Source: Alistipes sp. (lineage in GTDB: Bacteria > Bacteroidota > Bacteroidia > Bacteroidales > Rikenellaceae). Taken from it: a stretch of 64,000 nt of DNA. The notes beneath the pieces were generated by a model. It had not been told where the DNA came from and did not search any database. It was given only the letters and a program-made list of their open reading frames with translations. Positions 52,384-62,359 of this stretch are shown here, in pieces. The stretch's first letter is position 1. Every line of letters begins with the position of its first letter. Both the position numbers and the translations under genes were made by a program. Where the stretch lies: the NCBI GenBank assembly GCA_017629145.1, contig JAGBXR010000042.1:2000-65999 (forward strand). The letters are read 5' to 3'.

Positions 52384-52767
52384 ATGCAGAGCGTAGCAAA
52401 TAATAACACAAATATAGATATAGAAGCAGAGGTTATTCACGGCAAGAAGATTGGCCGTGCATTGGGCTTTCCTACGGCAAATATGTCGATGGCAGGGTAT
52501 GAGAGTGTCGAGCGAGGAGTATATCTCTCGCGTGTCGAGATCGATGGTCGCAGCTATAAGGCTATGTCGAATGTCGGCATACGTCCATCCGTAGGAGGCA
52601 AGGAGTTGTTGCTTGAAACCCACGTTTTGGATTTTTCGGGTGACTTGTATGGTCGCAAGCTTTGTATCACGCTTGTCGAGAAGATACGCGACGAGAAGCG
52701 TTTTGCTTCGATTGGCGACCTTAAGGAGCAACTTATGCGCGATTATGAGTATATCCGTAATCACTAA
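52384..52767 (+). CDS. Stand-alone riboflavin kinase (C-terminal domain of RibF only)
   Basis: GRALGFPTAN, GVY, NVGIRPS, ETHVLDF.GDLYG, IRDEKRF. Confidence 0.88.
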   Translation: MQSVANNNTNIDIEAEVIHGKKIGRALGFPTANMSMAGYESVERGVYLSRVEIDGRSYKAMSNVGIRPSVGGKELLLETHVLDFSGDLYGRKLCITLVEKIRDEKRFASIGDLKEQLMRDYEYIRNH

Positions 52768-52788
52768 TCACCTCATATTACTACACAA

Positions 52789-52822
52789 AAAGAGATTGTT
52801 CAACGTGTTGAGCAATCTCTTT
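52789..52822. terminator. Bidirectional terminator
   Basis: AAAGAGATTGTTCAAC / GTTGAGCAATCTCTTT between convergent genes. Confidence 0.75.
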
Positions 52823-52840
52823 GTTATTCTATTCGTGTCA

Positions 52841-53398
52841 CTACTTAATCTCTTCGCCCCACGCGCGGTGGCTAACCTCTACGCCACACATCTCCAGGGC
52901 GCGCTGCGTAGTGCCGAGGCATAGCTCCTCGATGCTCTGCGGACGGAAGTAGAACGATGGTGATGCAGGGACGATTATCGCACCAGCCTCGGTCAGTGTT
53001 GTCATATTGCGCAGATGTATGAGCGAGTAGGGGCTCTCGCGTACAACCAATACAAGAGGTCTGTGCTCCTTGAGCATAACATCTGCTGCACGCTCGATGA
53101 GTGTTCGCGATATGCCCGTGGCTATACGACCTACAGTGCCCATCGAAGCTGGGATTATAAGCATCGCATCCCAACGTGCCGAGCCACTTGCTATCGACGA
53201 CCACATATCGTCATTTGCATAGTGTGTTATGCACTCGTGCTGGGGTAGCTCTACACACTCGGCTGCGATTACACTCTCAGCGTTATCGCTCAGGACGAGT
53301 GCTATTTGCTCTATGTCGGGGTGTGATGAGAGTATCTCCAATGCTTGACGAGCATAGATAGCTCCGCTGGCTCCGGTTATTGCAACTATGATATTCAT
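52841..53398 (-). CDS. ubiX: Flavin prenyltransferase UbiX
   Basis: AITGASGAIY, IASGS, RAADVMLKE, RESP, PSFY. Confidence 0.92.
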   Translation of the reverse strand: MNIIVAITGASGAIYARQALEILSSHPDIEQIALVLSDNAESVIAAECVELPQHECITHYANDDMWSSIASGSARWDAMLIIPASMGTVGRIATGISRTLIERAADVMLKEHRPLVLVVRESPYSLIHLRNMTTLTEAGAIIVPASPSFYFRPQSIEELCLGTTQRALEMCGVEVSHRAWGEEIK

Positions 53399-53419
53399 AA
53401 ATCTGCTTGTTTTCTAAAG

Positions 53420-54028
53420 CTACAACTCCAATATCTTGCACTCCAGACCCATCTCGCGCGCTTTGCGCAGTAGGGCTGGCAGCACATAGCTTGTGTTGCG
53501 GAATGATTTTGCGCTGTCGTGCAACGATACGATATCTCCTCCGCGTAGGTCGCGTATAGTGCCTTTTAGGCAAGCCTTGGGGGAGAGTCGACGATTGTAA
53601 TCGCGTGACAATATGCTCCACATCACTACGCGGTAGCGCTTCGCAACGCTACGTAGCTGTGCTGGTGTTATACGTGCGTATGGCGGACGGAAGAGTTCGC
53701 TATGTACCATATCCGATGCGAAATCTACATCCTCGATATATCGTTCTAGGGACATTCCCCAACCATTCTGATGCGAGTATGTATGGTTGCCTACCTTGTG
53801 TCCGCGCTCGAGAATCATCTCGTAGAGGTCGGGATATAGCTCCACGTTCTTGCCAAGCACGAAGAATGTAGCCTTGGCATCATAGCGGTCGAGGGTGTTG
53901 AGTATCCACTCCGTAACGCCAGGCGTAGGGCCGTCATCAAAGGTGAGGTATAACCCTTCGTTATCCTCAATGCTCCATATCATCTCGGGAAAGAGACGAC
54001 GTATCAGTCGTGGTGGCTTAATGCGCAT
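53420..54028 (-). CDS. Polysaccharide deacetylase (CE4)
   Basis: LTFDDGP, GNHTYSH, FRPPY, LHD; start taken at MRIKPP. Confidence 0.92.
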   Translation of the reverse strand: MRIKPPRLIRRLFPEMIWSIEDNEGLYLTFDDGPTPGVTEWILNTLDRYDAKATFFVLGKNVELYPDLYEMILERGHKVGNHTYSHQNGWGMSLERYIEDVDFASDMVHSELFRPPYARITPAQLRSVAKRYRVVMWSILSRDYNRRLSPKACLKGTIRDLRGGDIVSLHDSAKSFRNTSYVLPALLRKAREMGLECKILEL

Positions 54029-54164
54029 AGTCTTGTTATTACCCCACAAAAATAACTTTTTTTTCGCAAATCGAAAAATATCGTTACCTTTGTATCTACA
54101 TTTGCCCTCGATTTGCAGGGAATAGTTGCTAATAATATAAAGGTAATCTAATACTACCTACACT

Positions 54165-55145
54165 ATGAAACGTATCCTGTATCTGTTTGTTGCCTCGGTT
54201 ATGACCATTTATGCTGTCGGTTGTACGGTTAAGACCAAGACTCCGACGAAGAGCAGCGTTGGTGAGCCATACGATGTTATGGTCGTATGTGACGATGAGG
54301 CGTGGCGTGGCGATTTGTCTATGGCTGTATGCGATTTGTTGGAGGAGGATGCTCCGGGTCTGACACGTCCCGAGGGCTACTTTGATATCGTTCGCCAGGT
54401 GTCGCACGCCGCAATCACCGACTATGAGCGCAAGTATGGCAATATCTTTATCGTAAATACCAACGTCGCAGGCGAGACTTCTGTAGAGCTTGTGCGCAAT
54501 CGTTACTCATCGCCACAGCTTATCGTGGTGCTCAATACGTCAAGCGCCGAGGTTGCTACCCAATATATCGAGACTCACGCCGATGAGCTTCGTGAGTTGT
54601 TCGAGGCCAAGGAGCGCAACTTCAGCAATAACTACTATGCTGCGCGCCCAGCCGATCAACTCGTAGCGGACTTCAAGCAACATACGGGTATCGATATGCT
54701 TATCCCAAGCGGCTTCTACAAGGCTACGACACGCGATAAGGAGCTGTTGTGGTATATTCGCGACTATAAGAACAAGGCGCAGTATATCTTTGCGTATAGC
54801 TATCCTGCAACTGATCCAGCCGAGGATCTTACGGCCAAGTGGCTTATGCTCTCGTTGGACAACCGTCTTGCATCGATCTCGAGCAAGGGCGCTGTAGGCT
54901 CGTATATGGGTGTTAACGAAAACGGTCCAGCCGTAACACGCAACCTCGTTATCAAGGGTCGCGAGTGGGTTGAACTTCGTGGCTGGTGGGAGGTTAACAA
55001 CGACTTTATGGGAGGCCCATTTGTGAGCTACTCAACTTACGATGCAGCCACCAACGAGATTACAACGATTATGTTTGCGCTCTATGCTCCCGAGGACAGG
55101 CAGCGTAACCTTCTGCGCGAACTCGAGCACCTGATTTACTCTTAA
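54165..55145 (+). CDS. DUF4837-like lipoprotein
   Basis: Lipobox AVGC; ELRGWW...FMGGPFVSY, ALYAP...RNLLRELE. Confidence 0.75.
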   Translation: MKRILYLFVASVMTIYAVGCTVKTKTPTKSSVGEPYDVMVVCDDEAWRGDLSMAVCDLLEEDAPGLTRPEGYFDIVRQVSHAAITDYERKYGNIFIVNTNVAGETSVELVRNRYSSPQLIVVLNTSSAEVATQYIETHADELRELFEAKERNFSNNYYAARPADQLVADFKQHTGIDMLIPSGFYKATTRDKELLWYIRDYKNKAQYIFAYSYPATDPAEDLTAKWLMLSLDNRLASISSKGAVGSYMGVNENGPAVTRNLVIKGREWVELRGWWEVNNDFMGGPFVSYSTYDAATNEITTIMFALYAPEDRQRNLLRELEHLIYS

Positions 55146-55176
55146 TTGAGAGGATCGGATGCAGACTATATAAGAA

Positions 55177-55205
55177 ATGCGACAATGGGTTTTCCATTGT
55201 CGCAT
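55177..55205. terminator. Bidirectional terminator
   Basis: ATGCGACAATGG / CCATTGTCGCAT. Confidence 0.75.
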
Positions 55206-55248
55206 ATTCTTTTTGTATCATTAGCCTCTTTTTAGTTGTGGTCGACTG

Positions 55249-56277
55249 CTATCTGTCGAATGCCTGGGCCTTCAGGGCGATACCCTCGCCATCAGGTGTT
55301 ACGAGCACTACGCCAGCCTCCTCGCGTGTGATGTGGCCGATGATGTCAACAAGACCCAAACGAGCCACCTGCTCCTGCTTGTCCAACGGTACAGTGAAGA
55401 GCAACTCGTGGTCCTCGCCACCATTCAATGCTGCGATTACTGGGTCGATGTGCATCTCCTCGGCCAATTCGCTTGTCTGGCGTGCAATAGGCAGACGCTC
55501 AAGGTAGATGCGTGCGCCACACTGCGACGAACGGCATATCTGGCGAAGATCGCTTGCGAGACCATCCGAGAGGTCGATCATCGATGTCGGACGTATGCCC
55601 TCCTCGCGCAGAGCCTCCAGTACGTTGCTCTTGGCGCGTGGCTTGAGGTAGCGCTCCAGCAAATACTCATATCCTGCAAACTTGGGCTCTGGATTCTCGA
55701 TATCCTTCAGCACACGCTTCTCGCGCTCCAATAGGTGTAGACCCATATAGGCAGCACCGAGATTAGATGTGATGCAGATGAGGTCGTGCTCCTTTGCGCC
55801 CGAACGATAGACGATATCCTCCTTCTTTGCGCGGCCAACCATCGAGATGTTGATAACAAGACCATTCATCGAAGCGGTGGTGTCGCCACCTACGATGTCG
55901 AGGCCCAGCTCGTTGGCGGCAAGCTCCATACCCTCGTACAACTCATCGAGAGCCTCTACCGAGATCTTTGCCGAGATGCCGAGCGACACTACAGCCTGCT
56001 CTGGGCGGCCATTCATCGCGAGGATGTCGTTAGCACCGCGCACGATAGCCTTGTAGCCAAGGTGCTTGAGAGGAAAGTAGCTTAAGTCGAAGTCGATACC
56101 TTCGGTGAGCATATCGGTTGTGAGAAGCATAGCCTCTTCGCCGAGGTCGATAACTGCGGCATCGTCACCAGCTGCAAGAAGTGTTGAAGCGTTGCGCTGC
56201 TTGAGGCGCGCTGTAAGGCGGTCGATAAGACCGAACTCTCCTAAAGAGGCAATCTCTGTGTTGTTCGATTTGCTCAT
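55249..56277 (-). CDS. thiL: Thiamine-monophosphate kinase
   Basis: GEFGLI, GDDAA, GGDT, IDLSDGL, GGEDHEL; start taken at MSKSNN. Confidence 0.93.
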   Translation of the reverse strand: MSKSNNTEIASLGEFGLIDRLTARLKQRNASTLLAAGDDAAVIDLGEEAMLLTTDMLTEGIDFDLSYFPLKHLGYKAIVRGANDILAMNGRPEQAVVSLGISAKISVEALDELYEGMELAANELGLDIVGGDTTASMNGLVINISMVGRAKKEDIVYRSGAKEHDLICITSNLGAAYMGLHLLEREKRVLKDIENPEPKFAGYEYLLERYLKPRAKSNVLEALREEGIRPTSMIDLSDGLASDLRQICRSSQCGARIYLERLPIARQTSELAEEMHIDPVIAALNGGEDHELLFTVPLDKQEQVARLGLVDIIGHITREEAGVVLVTPDGEGIALKAQAFDR

Positions 56278-56394
56278 TGTCCTGGACTTTATAAAATTTT
56301 TTGCAAAAGTACTTTTAAGATTGGAAAGTTGCAAAAAAAAAGTTATCTTTGCGCTGATTTTTTTTAATCAAACAGCTTTAACATTAAGAACACT

Positions 56395-56967
56395 ATGTTG
56401 AATATTATACTTTTTGGAGCTCCGGGTTGTGGAAAGGGTACTCAGGCGAAGCGTTTGGCCGAGAGCTACGACCTCTATCACATATCTACTGGCGAGGTTA
56501 TCCGCTCGGAGATAGCACGCGGCACAGAGCTTGGTCGCAGTATGGAGGGTTACATCTCACGTGGTGAGCTTGCCCCAGATTCTATCGTTGTAGAGATGGT
56601 GCGCGACTATATGCGTACGCACAGCGATAAGGGTTGCATCTTCGATGGTTTCCCACGTACAACAGTTCAGGCAGAGATTTTCGATAAGATGCTTGCCGAG
56701 ATAGACTCGAAGGTTGATGTTATGATCTTTATGGATGTTCCCGAGGAGGAACTCGTTCGTCGTATCTTGTTGCGCGGTAAGGATTCTGGCCGTGCCGACG
56801 ATGCATCGGAGGATGTTATCCGCAACCGAATCGAGGTATATCGTGCGCAGACAGCTGTAGTAGCAGACTACTATTCAGCAGTTGGCAAGTATGCCGAGGT
56901 GAATGGTCTTGGTACTATGGATGAGGTGTTCGATCGTCTGTCGGGCGTTATTGATGGCGTAAAGTAG
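56395..56967 (+). CDS. adk: Adenylate kinase (short LID)
   Basis: GAPGCGKGTQ, HISTG, DGFPRT, GRADD. Confidence 0.95.
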   Translation: MLNIILFGAPGCGKGTQAKRLAESYDLYHISTGEVIRSEIARGTELGRSMEGYISRGELAPDSIVVEMVRDYMRTHSDKGCIFDGFPRTTVQAEIFDKMLAEIDSKVDVMIFMDVPEEELVRRILLRGKDSGRADDASEDVIRNRIEVYRAQTAVVADYYSAVGKYAEVNGLGTMDEVFDRLSGVIDGVK

Positions 56968-56995
56968 GGTAGCGCATACCACAAAATATGATTAG

Positions 56996-57031
56996 CAGAC
57001 GAGTCGCAACACAATATTGCGGACTCGTCTG
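56996..57031 (+). terminator. Terminator after adk
   Basis: CAGACGAGTC / GACTCGTCTG stem with inner extension, followed by TTGTTT. Confidence 0.7.
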
Positions 57032-57061
57032 TTGTTTATATATAAGTAGTTTTAGTATAAT

Positions 57062-57967
57062 ATGCATATGAAACGACTTTTACTTTGCGCAATGGCGTTG
57101 CTGATGCTGGGTCAGACGCTTGAGGCAGCAATATATCGTATGGAGGATGTGCCGAACGTACAACGTATGGATCGTACGCGCTTTGTGGCCAATCCCGACG
57201 GGATTCTCTCTGCCGATGCTGTTGCAGCTATCGATGCGGTGTGCTACAGCCTTAAGGAGCGAGGTATAGCCGAGGTGGCTGTGGTGGCTCTTAAGGAGAT
57301 AGAGCCTGCCGATAGCTTCGAGTTTGCCGTAGGCCTCTTCGAGAGCTGGGGTGTGGGTGACGATAAGCTCGATAATGGTCTCGGTATTCTTCTTGTCGAG
57401 GGTCTGCGCGAGGTGCGCTTCGTTACGGGCTACGGCCTTGAGGGGGTACTTTCCGATGCGATGTGCTATCGTTTGCAACAGCAATATATGATTCCCTACT
57501 TCCGCGAGGGAGACTACTCGCAGGGTATGCTCGAGGGCGTTGCAGCTGTCGACAAGTTGCTCTCGGGCGAGGAGCTGCCTATAGCCGAGGGTGATGATGA
57601 TGCAGAGGCTATGGTCGTAGCACTTATCTTCACAGCGTTGTGCATTCTGTTGCCTCTCGTTCTGATTGTTCTCGGCGAACGACGTCGAAATCGATGTCCT
57701 CAGTGTGGCAAGATGATGCAGATTGTAGATACGTCGGATATGGATGCTGGTAATGGCCTCATACTCAAGATTGAGACTCTGCGCTGCCCATATTGCGGTA
57801 AGGAGCATACGCGCACGAAACGTAACGATAGAGGCAATCGCCGAGGCGGTGGCGGAGGATTGTTCATATTCCCTATGGGAGGCTTCGGCTCTGGCGGTGG
57901 AGGATTTAGTGGCGGTGGCTTCGGCGGCGGATCGTTTGGTGGAGGCGGCTCAAGTTCGAGCTGGTAG
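57062..57967 (+). CDS. TPM domain membrane protein with Zn-ribbon-like motif and Gly-rich tail
   Basis: LFESWGVG..DNGL, TGYGLEG.L.D, TM, CPQC..CPYC, GGGSFGGGGSSSSW. Confidence 0.88.
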   Translation: MHMKRLLLCAMALLMLGQTLEAAIYRMEDVPNVQRMDRTRFVANPDGILSADAVAAIDAVCYSLKERGIAEVAVVALKEIEPADSFEFAVGLFESWGVGDDKLDNGLGILLVEGLREVRFVTGYGLEGVLSDAMCYRLQQQYMIPYFREGDYSQGMLEGVAAVDKLLSGEELPIAEGDDDAEAMVVALIFTALCILLPLVLIVLGERRRNRCPQCGKMMQIVDTSDMDAGNGLILKIETLRCPYCGKEHTRTKRNDRGNRRGGGGGLFIFPMGGFGSGGGGFSGGGFGGGSFGGGGSSSSW

Positions 57968-58003
57968 ACAAAGACAAATAGTAACAATTAAAACAGATAG
58001 ATT

Positions 58004-58585
58004 ATGAAGAAGAGTACTTGGATTATCCTTGGCGTTGTCGCTGTGGTAATCATTTGGGCTGTTGGCTCTTACAACGGCCTTGTAACAAAGGATGAGAAGG
58101 TGTCGGAGGCGTGGGCTAATGTCGAGACCGTATATCAGCGTCGTGCCGACCTTATCCCTAACCTGGTGAATACGGTGAAGGGCTATGCGGCACACGAGCA
58201 GGAGACATTGCAGTCAGTGACCAATGCGCGTGCTAATGCTACCAACATCACTATCGATCCATCGACAGCTACGACCGAGGATATGAAGCGATATATGGCG
58301 GCACAGCAGGAGGTAGGCTCGGCTCTTGGTCGCCTTATCGCTATTGCGGAGAACTATCCCGATTTGAAGGCCAACCAGAACTTCCTCGAGCTTCAGAAGC
58401 AGTTGGAGGGTACGGAGAATCGCATCTCTACGGAGCGTCGTAAGTACAACGAGACTGTAAAGAGCTTCAACGCATCGATTCGTCGCTTCCCAACAAACCT
58501 TATCGCAGGTATGTTCGGTTTCGAGAAGCGCTCGATGTTCGAGGCTCAGGAGGGCGCAGAGGTTGCTCCCGTGGTTGAGTTCTAA
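58004..58585 (+). CDS. lemA: LemA family protein
   Basis: YQRRADLIPNLV.TVKGYA.HE, ENYPDLKANQNF, TENRI. Confidence 0.95.
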   Translation: MKKSTWIILGVVAVVIIWAVGSYNGLVTKDEKVSEAWANVETVYQRRADLIPNLVNTVKGYAAHEQETLQSVTNARANATNITIDPSTATTEDMKRYMAAQQEVGSALGRLIAIAENYPDLKANQNFLELQKQLEGTENRISTERRKYNETVKSFNASIRRFPTNLIAGMFGFEKRSMFEAQEGAEVAPVVEF

Positions 58586-58611
58586 CGCGTACGAATCAGG
58601 CGAAAACGAAA

Positions 58612-58641
58612 AGCGACGATGGATTGAGTTCCGTCGTCGCT
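58612..58641. terminator. Bidirectional terminator
   Basis: AGCGACGATGGA / TCCGTCGTCGCT. Confidence 0.75.
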
Positions 58642-58666
58642 GTTTGTTTTGTGGTCGTCGGGCGTG

Positions 58667-59734
58667 TTACTCGGCCGTCTGAGCGGTTGCTTCGTTCGAG
58701 GCGAGTATCTCCTCTACGCGCTCGATGATTCGCTCTGGAGTGATAGCCTTGATGCATTTGTAATCGCCACTCTTGCAGGGCTTCTTGCCATATACCGAGC
58801 AGGGACGGCAAGGCATCTCTTCCTGGAGAATGCCGCGACCATCGGTGCCGTAACCCGAGAAGCCGAGTTCGGGGTGTGTTGCGCCCCATACCGATACGGT
58901 TGGCGTAGCTACAAGTGCCGCGAGGTGCATAACGAGTGAGTCCATCGTGATTACGCAGTCGAGGTGTGAGATCAGGTCGCGCTCCTCGGCAAATGGCAAT
59001 CTGCGCCATAGGCCTCTCACGTTTGGATATCTCTTCTCCATAGCCTCTGCGAAGGCTGCTTCCTCTCCGCCACCGCTGTGGATGAATACCTCGTCGTATC
59101 GCTCGGCAAGCAGTGCTACAAGCTCTTCGCGCATACCTGCAGGGTAGGTCTTGCCCTCGTGTGCAGAGAATGGAGCAAAGCCAATCCAACGGCCATTCTT
59201 CTCGCCCATCGGATTCTCGAGCACAGGCTTGGTTGCAGGCTTGGGATCGTCGAAGACAAAGCCAAACTGGCGAATCACGTCGCAGTAGCGCACTACGGAG
59301 TGCTTCAAAGGTATGGCCGTATCGCGGCTATAGCCCATACGGAACCACTTCTCGACGCGACCCTTGTAGATCATATGGCTGGGGATAAAGCCTCGCAGCC
59401 AGCACAACAGGCTCAGGAACATCGAACGGTGCACGCCGTGCACGTCGGCGATAGCATCGACGCCAGCACGCTTGATGGTGCCGGCAAGTCGCCACAATCG
59501 GCCAGCCTCGCTTTTGGCCTCTACGTCATCCAGGAAGATGAAGTTTACATCGAGACCATCGAAGAGCGGACGCAGGAACTTCTTGGTGAGTATGCTCACC
59601 TTAACCTTTGGGTACGCCTCCTTGAATGCTCTCACGGTGTGGGGTAGCATAGCTACATCGCCCAGTGCCGATGTGCGGATGATAAGAAGGTGCTTATATT
59701 TTGGTTGGTTGTTATCGCTGTTACTTGTTGCCAT
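58667..59734 (-). CDS. Glycosyltransferase family 9 (heptosyltransferase-like)
   Basis: IRTSALGDV, MDSLVMHLA, WGATHP, CRPCSVYG. Confidence 0.9.
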   Translation of the reverse strand: MATSNSDNNQPKYKHLLIIRTSALGDVAMLPHTVRAFKEAYPKVKVSILTKKFLRPLFDGLDVNFIFLDDVEAKSEAGRLWRLAGTIKRAGVDAIADVHGVHRSMFLSLLCWLRGFIPSHMIYKGRVEKWFRMGYSRDTAIPLKHSVVRYCDVIRQFGFVFDDPKPATKPVLENPMGEKNGRWIGFAPFSAHEGKTYPAGMREELVALLAERYDEVFIHSGGGEEAAFAEAMEKRYPNVRGLWRRLPFAEERDLISHLDCVITMDSLVMHLAALVATPTVSVWGATHPELGFSGYGTDGRGILQEEMPCRPCSVYGKKPCKSGDYKCIKAITPERIIERVEEILASNEATAQTAE

Positions 59735-60323
59735 AGAGTACAGGGTTGAGTTTCGGATCGTTATACATCTTCATCTGCTTGTAGGTCTTCATATACTTAC
59801 GACCAGCCTCGATATCTTCGATAAGCTCCTCGATAGCTGCCGAGAGGTCGATACGCTGCTGAAGCAATACGTCGAGCTTCTTCTGGCACGATGTGCGGTG
59901 CTCCTCGTCTACATCGGTGCGTACAACCTCGCAGTGCATATGGTAGATCTTGAGTGCAAGAATCGAGAGACGATCGATAGCCCACGCTGGTGTCTCGGTG
60001 TTGAGGCGAGCATCGGCAGCAGGCTTGATATCCTTGTATTTGTCCAACAGATAAGAGTCGATATACTCCACCATATCGGTGCGTACCTGATTCGAGCGAT
60101 CGATGCGTCGCTTGATCTCCAGAGCCTTTACAGGGTCGATTGCTGGGTCGCGGATGATATCCTCAAGGTGCCATTGCACGGTATCTACCCAGTTCTTCTC
60201 GTAGAGCAGAGCGTCGAGTGAGCCTGCCTCGTATGGATTCTTCAATGTTTCGTCGACGTTATCGCATTTGTGGTAATCCTCAATCGAACGGATGAAGATG
60301 AGGTTCGCATTTTCGGTGAACAT
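59721..60323 (-). CDS. DUF4254 domain protein
   Basis: QWHLEDIIR, IDRSNQ.R, ETPAWAIDRLSIL, KMYNDP; start taken at MFTENA. Confidence 0.88.
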   Translation of the reverse strand: MFTENANLIFIRSIEDYHKCDNVDETLKNPYEAGSLDALLYEKNWVDTVQWHLEDIIRDPAIDPVKALEIKRRIDRSNQVRTDMVEYIDSYLLDKYKDIKPAADARLNTETPAWAIDRLSILALKIYHMHCEVVRTDVDEEHRTSCQKKLDVLLQQRIDLSAAIEELIEDIEAGRKYMKTYKQMKMYNDPKLNPVLYGNK

Positions 60324-60405
60324 ATTCGTTGTGTTTTTTATTGTATATTTCAGTATAAAATTGTATCTTTGCGCAAAAGATAACGTAAAATAATAGACAA
60401 ATATA

Positions 60406-61533
60406 ATGAATTTTATCGGGAAAACAATTTTTAAAACACTATTTATCGTTTTTCTGTTCATTTTTACCTATTCTCCGCTCTCGGCCCAGGTCAACGAGCC
60501 AACTTCGGGTAAGGCTCTGAAGAACACCAACGAGTGGGTGCGTATGACGCGTGAGGAGTATATTATGAAGTGGCGCCATCTTGCAATCGACAATATGGAG
60601 GTCTATGGCATACCTGCAAGTATCACTATGGGACAGGCCATCCTCGAGTCGGGCTTCGGCAACGGCTACCTCGCACGTGTTGCCAACAACCACTTCTGCA
60701 TAAAGTGTAAGAGTACGTGGGAGGGTGATAGAGTATACCACGACGACGATGCCAAGGGCGAGTGCTTCAGGGCCTATTCTACGGTTGCCGATTCGTATCA
60801 GGATCACGCCGAGTTTTTGAATAACGGCCAGCGCTACGACTTTCTCTTTGCCTACGATGCTACCGACTATAAGAGCTGGGCAAAGGGTCTTAAGACTGCT
60901 GGCTATGCTACGGCAAAGGATTACGACGAGCGTCTTATCCGCGTAATCGAGGAGGCACAGCTCTATCTTCTGGATCAGGAGGATGGCGTTGCGAAGTATG
61001 ACAACTATTTGGCAAAGCGTTTCGGAATCGATCCCGAGAGCATAGCGCGCAAGTATGCACCCGAAATCGAGGAGAAGCGTCTACAGAATGTCGACGATGT
61101 TGTGGCTATACGCGAGGTACACGATAAACGTCTGGCACACGCCGATAATGGTGTAGACCCCAACAACTACCGCGTGACGATGGGCTCACATATGGGTTAC
61201 AACGTATACCTTACAAATGGTGCTCACTACATTGTTGCGCGCAGTGGCGATACATTCGAGCGACTCGGTGATATGTTCGATATCCCTACCTCGACTCTTC
61301 GCAAGTTCAACGATATGAAGAGCGGAGAGCAGCCTCGTGGCGGTATGGTCATCTATATTGAGCGCAAGGCCTCACGCTGGGAGGGCGAAGAGATGCTCCA
61401 TACGGTTGTCGATGGCGAGACACTCTACGATATCTCGCAGCTCTATGGTATCCGCTTGGTGCAGCTTACGAAGATGAACCGTATGCGTTCGAGCGAGAAA
61501 CTACGTGAGGGTCAGACCGTACGTATTAAGTAA
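60406..61533 (+). CDS. GH73 glucosaminidase with LysM domains
   Basis: IPASIT..QAILESG, NNHF.IKC, GYAT; C-terminal LysM (HTVVDGETLYDISQLYG). Confidence 0.9.
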   Translation: MNFIGKTIFKTLFIVFLFIFTYSPLSAQVNEPTSGKALKNTNEWVRMTREEYIMKWRHLAIDNMEVYGIPASITMGQAILESGFGNGYLARVANNHFCIKCKSTWEGDRVYHDDDAKGECFRAYSTVADSYQDHAEFLNNGQRYDFLFAYDATDYKSWAKGLKTAGYATAKDYDERLIRVIEEAQLYLLDQEDGVAKYDNYLAKRFGIDPESIARKYAPEIEEKRLQNVDDVVAIREVHDKRLAHADNGVDPNNYRVTMGSHMGYNVYLTNGAHYIVARSGDTFERLGDMFDIPTSTLRKFNDMKSGEQPRGGMVIYIERKASRWEGEEMLHTVVDGETLYDISQLYGIRLVQLTKMNRMRSSEKLREGQTVRIK

Positions 61534-61603
61534 CTTAAAACCTTAAAACAAAATATGGGAGGCAATTGATCCTTCCGCATAGTAAAACCTAAATGATGAA
61601 TAT

Positions 61604-62284
61604 ATGGGCGCGTTGAGAGAGAAAATACTGGAGTCGATAGTTCGCAAGTCGACCCTCAAGCAGCAGATATTTGACAACACGTTTGCGACGTTCAACGACT
61701 TGAAGGAGACGCTCTTTGAGATGGCTTCGGAGATTGACGATGAGCTGGATGGTAAGCTCGACCGTCGTGTGCGTATCGAGTACCGCGACAGAGGTAAGTT
61801 CGAGGCGCAGTTGCAGGTGGCAAGCGACATCCTGCTTTTCCAGATGCACACCGACGTTTTCGAGTTCGATGCAAACCACATCATCTGGCAGAACAGCTAC
61901 GTGCAGAGCGACAGACAGAACAGCTACTCGGGTGTGATCAACATCTACAACTTCCTCTCGGATTCGCTCAAGTACAACCGTAATGCCGACGAGGGATACC
62001 TCATTGGACGTATCTTCATCAACCGCGATAAGTGCTTCTGGGTTGAGGGCAAGCGTCAGACGCTGGTGCGCCCTATGGCCTTTGGTACACGAAAGATTGA
62101 CCGCGAGTCGCTTATCTCGATTGTCGAGACAGCTATCAACTACGCTCTCAACTTCGACCTGTTGATGCCTCCATACGAAGAGAACATCCGCGTTACGGTG
62201 GATCAGTTCAACTCGAAGCTCGACAATTCGAAGTTTACTACGGGTAAGCGCTTGAGCTACGATTTCTCGATTGATGACATTTAA
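61604..62284 (+). CDS. Conserved Bacteroidota hypothetical protein
   Basis: 226 aa, host-like codon use; INIYNFLSDS.KYNR..DEGYLIGR. Confidence 0.75.
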   Translation: MGALREKILESIVRKSTLKQQIFDNTFATFNDLKETLFEMASEIDDELDGKLDRRVRIEYRDRGKFEAQLQVASDILLFQMHTDVFEFDANHIIWQNSYVQSDRQNSYSGVINIYNFLSDSLKYNRNADEGYLIGRIFINRDKCFWVEGKRQTLVRPMAFGTRKIDRESLISIVETAINYALNFDLLMPPYEENIRVTVDQFNSKLDNSKFTTGKRLSYDFSIDDI

Positions 62285-62359
62285 TCAGCGGCGTGGTTAA
62301 ACTGCTCCCGTCACACGACTAACATCATACTTTGGAATTAAGACTAAAACCTAAACGAT

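Noticed and set aside
51216-52409. 397-aa minus-strand ORF
   Set aside because: Antisense shadow of the AI-2E transporter gene
57840-57964. GGC/GGT-rich repeat-like DNA
   Set aside because: Encodes the normal Gly-rich tail of TPM proteins
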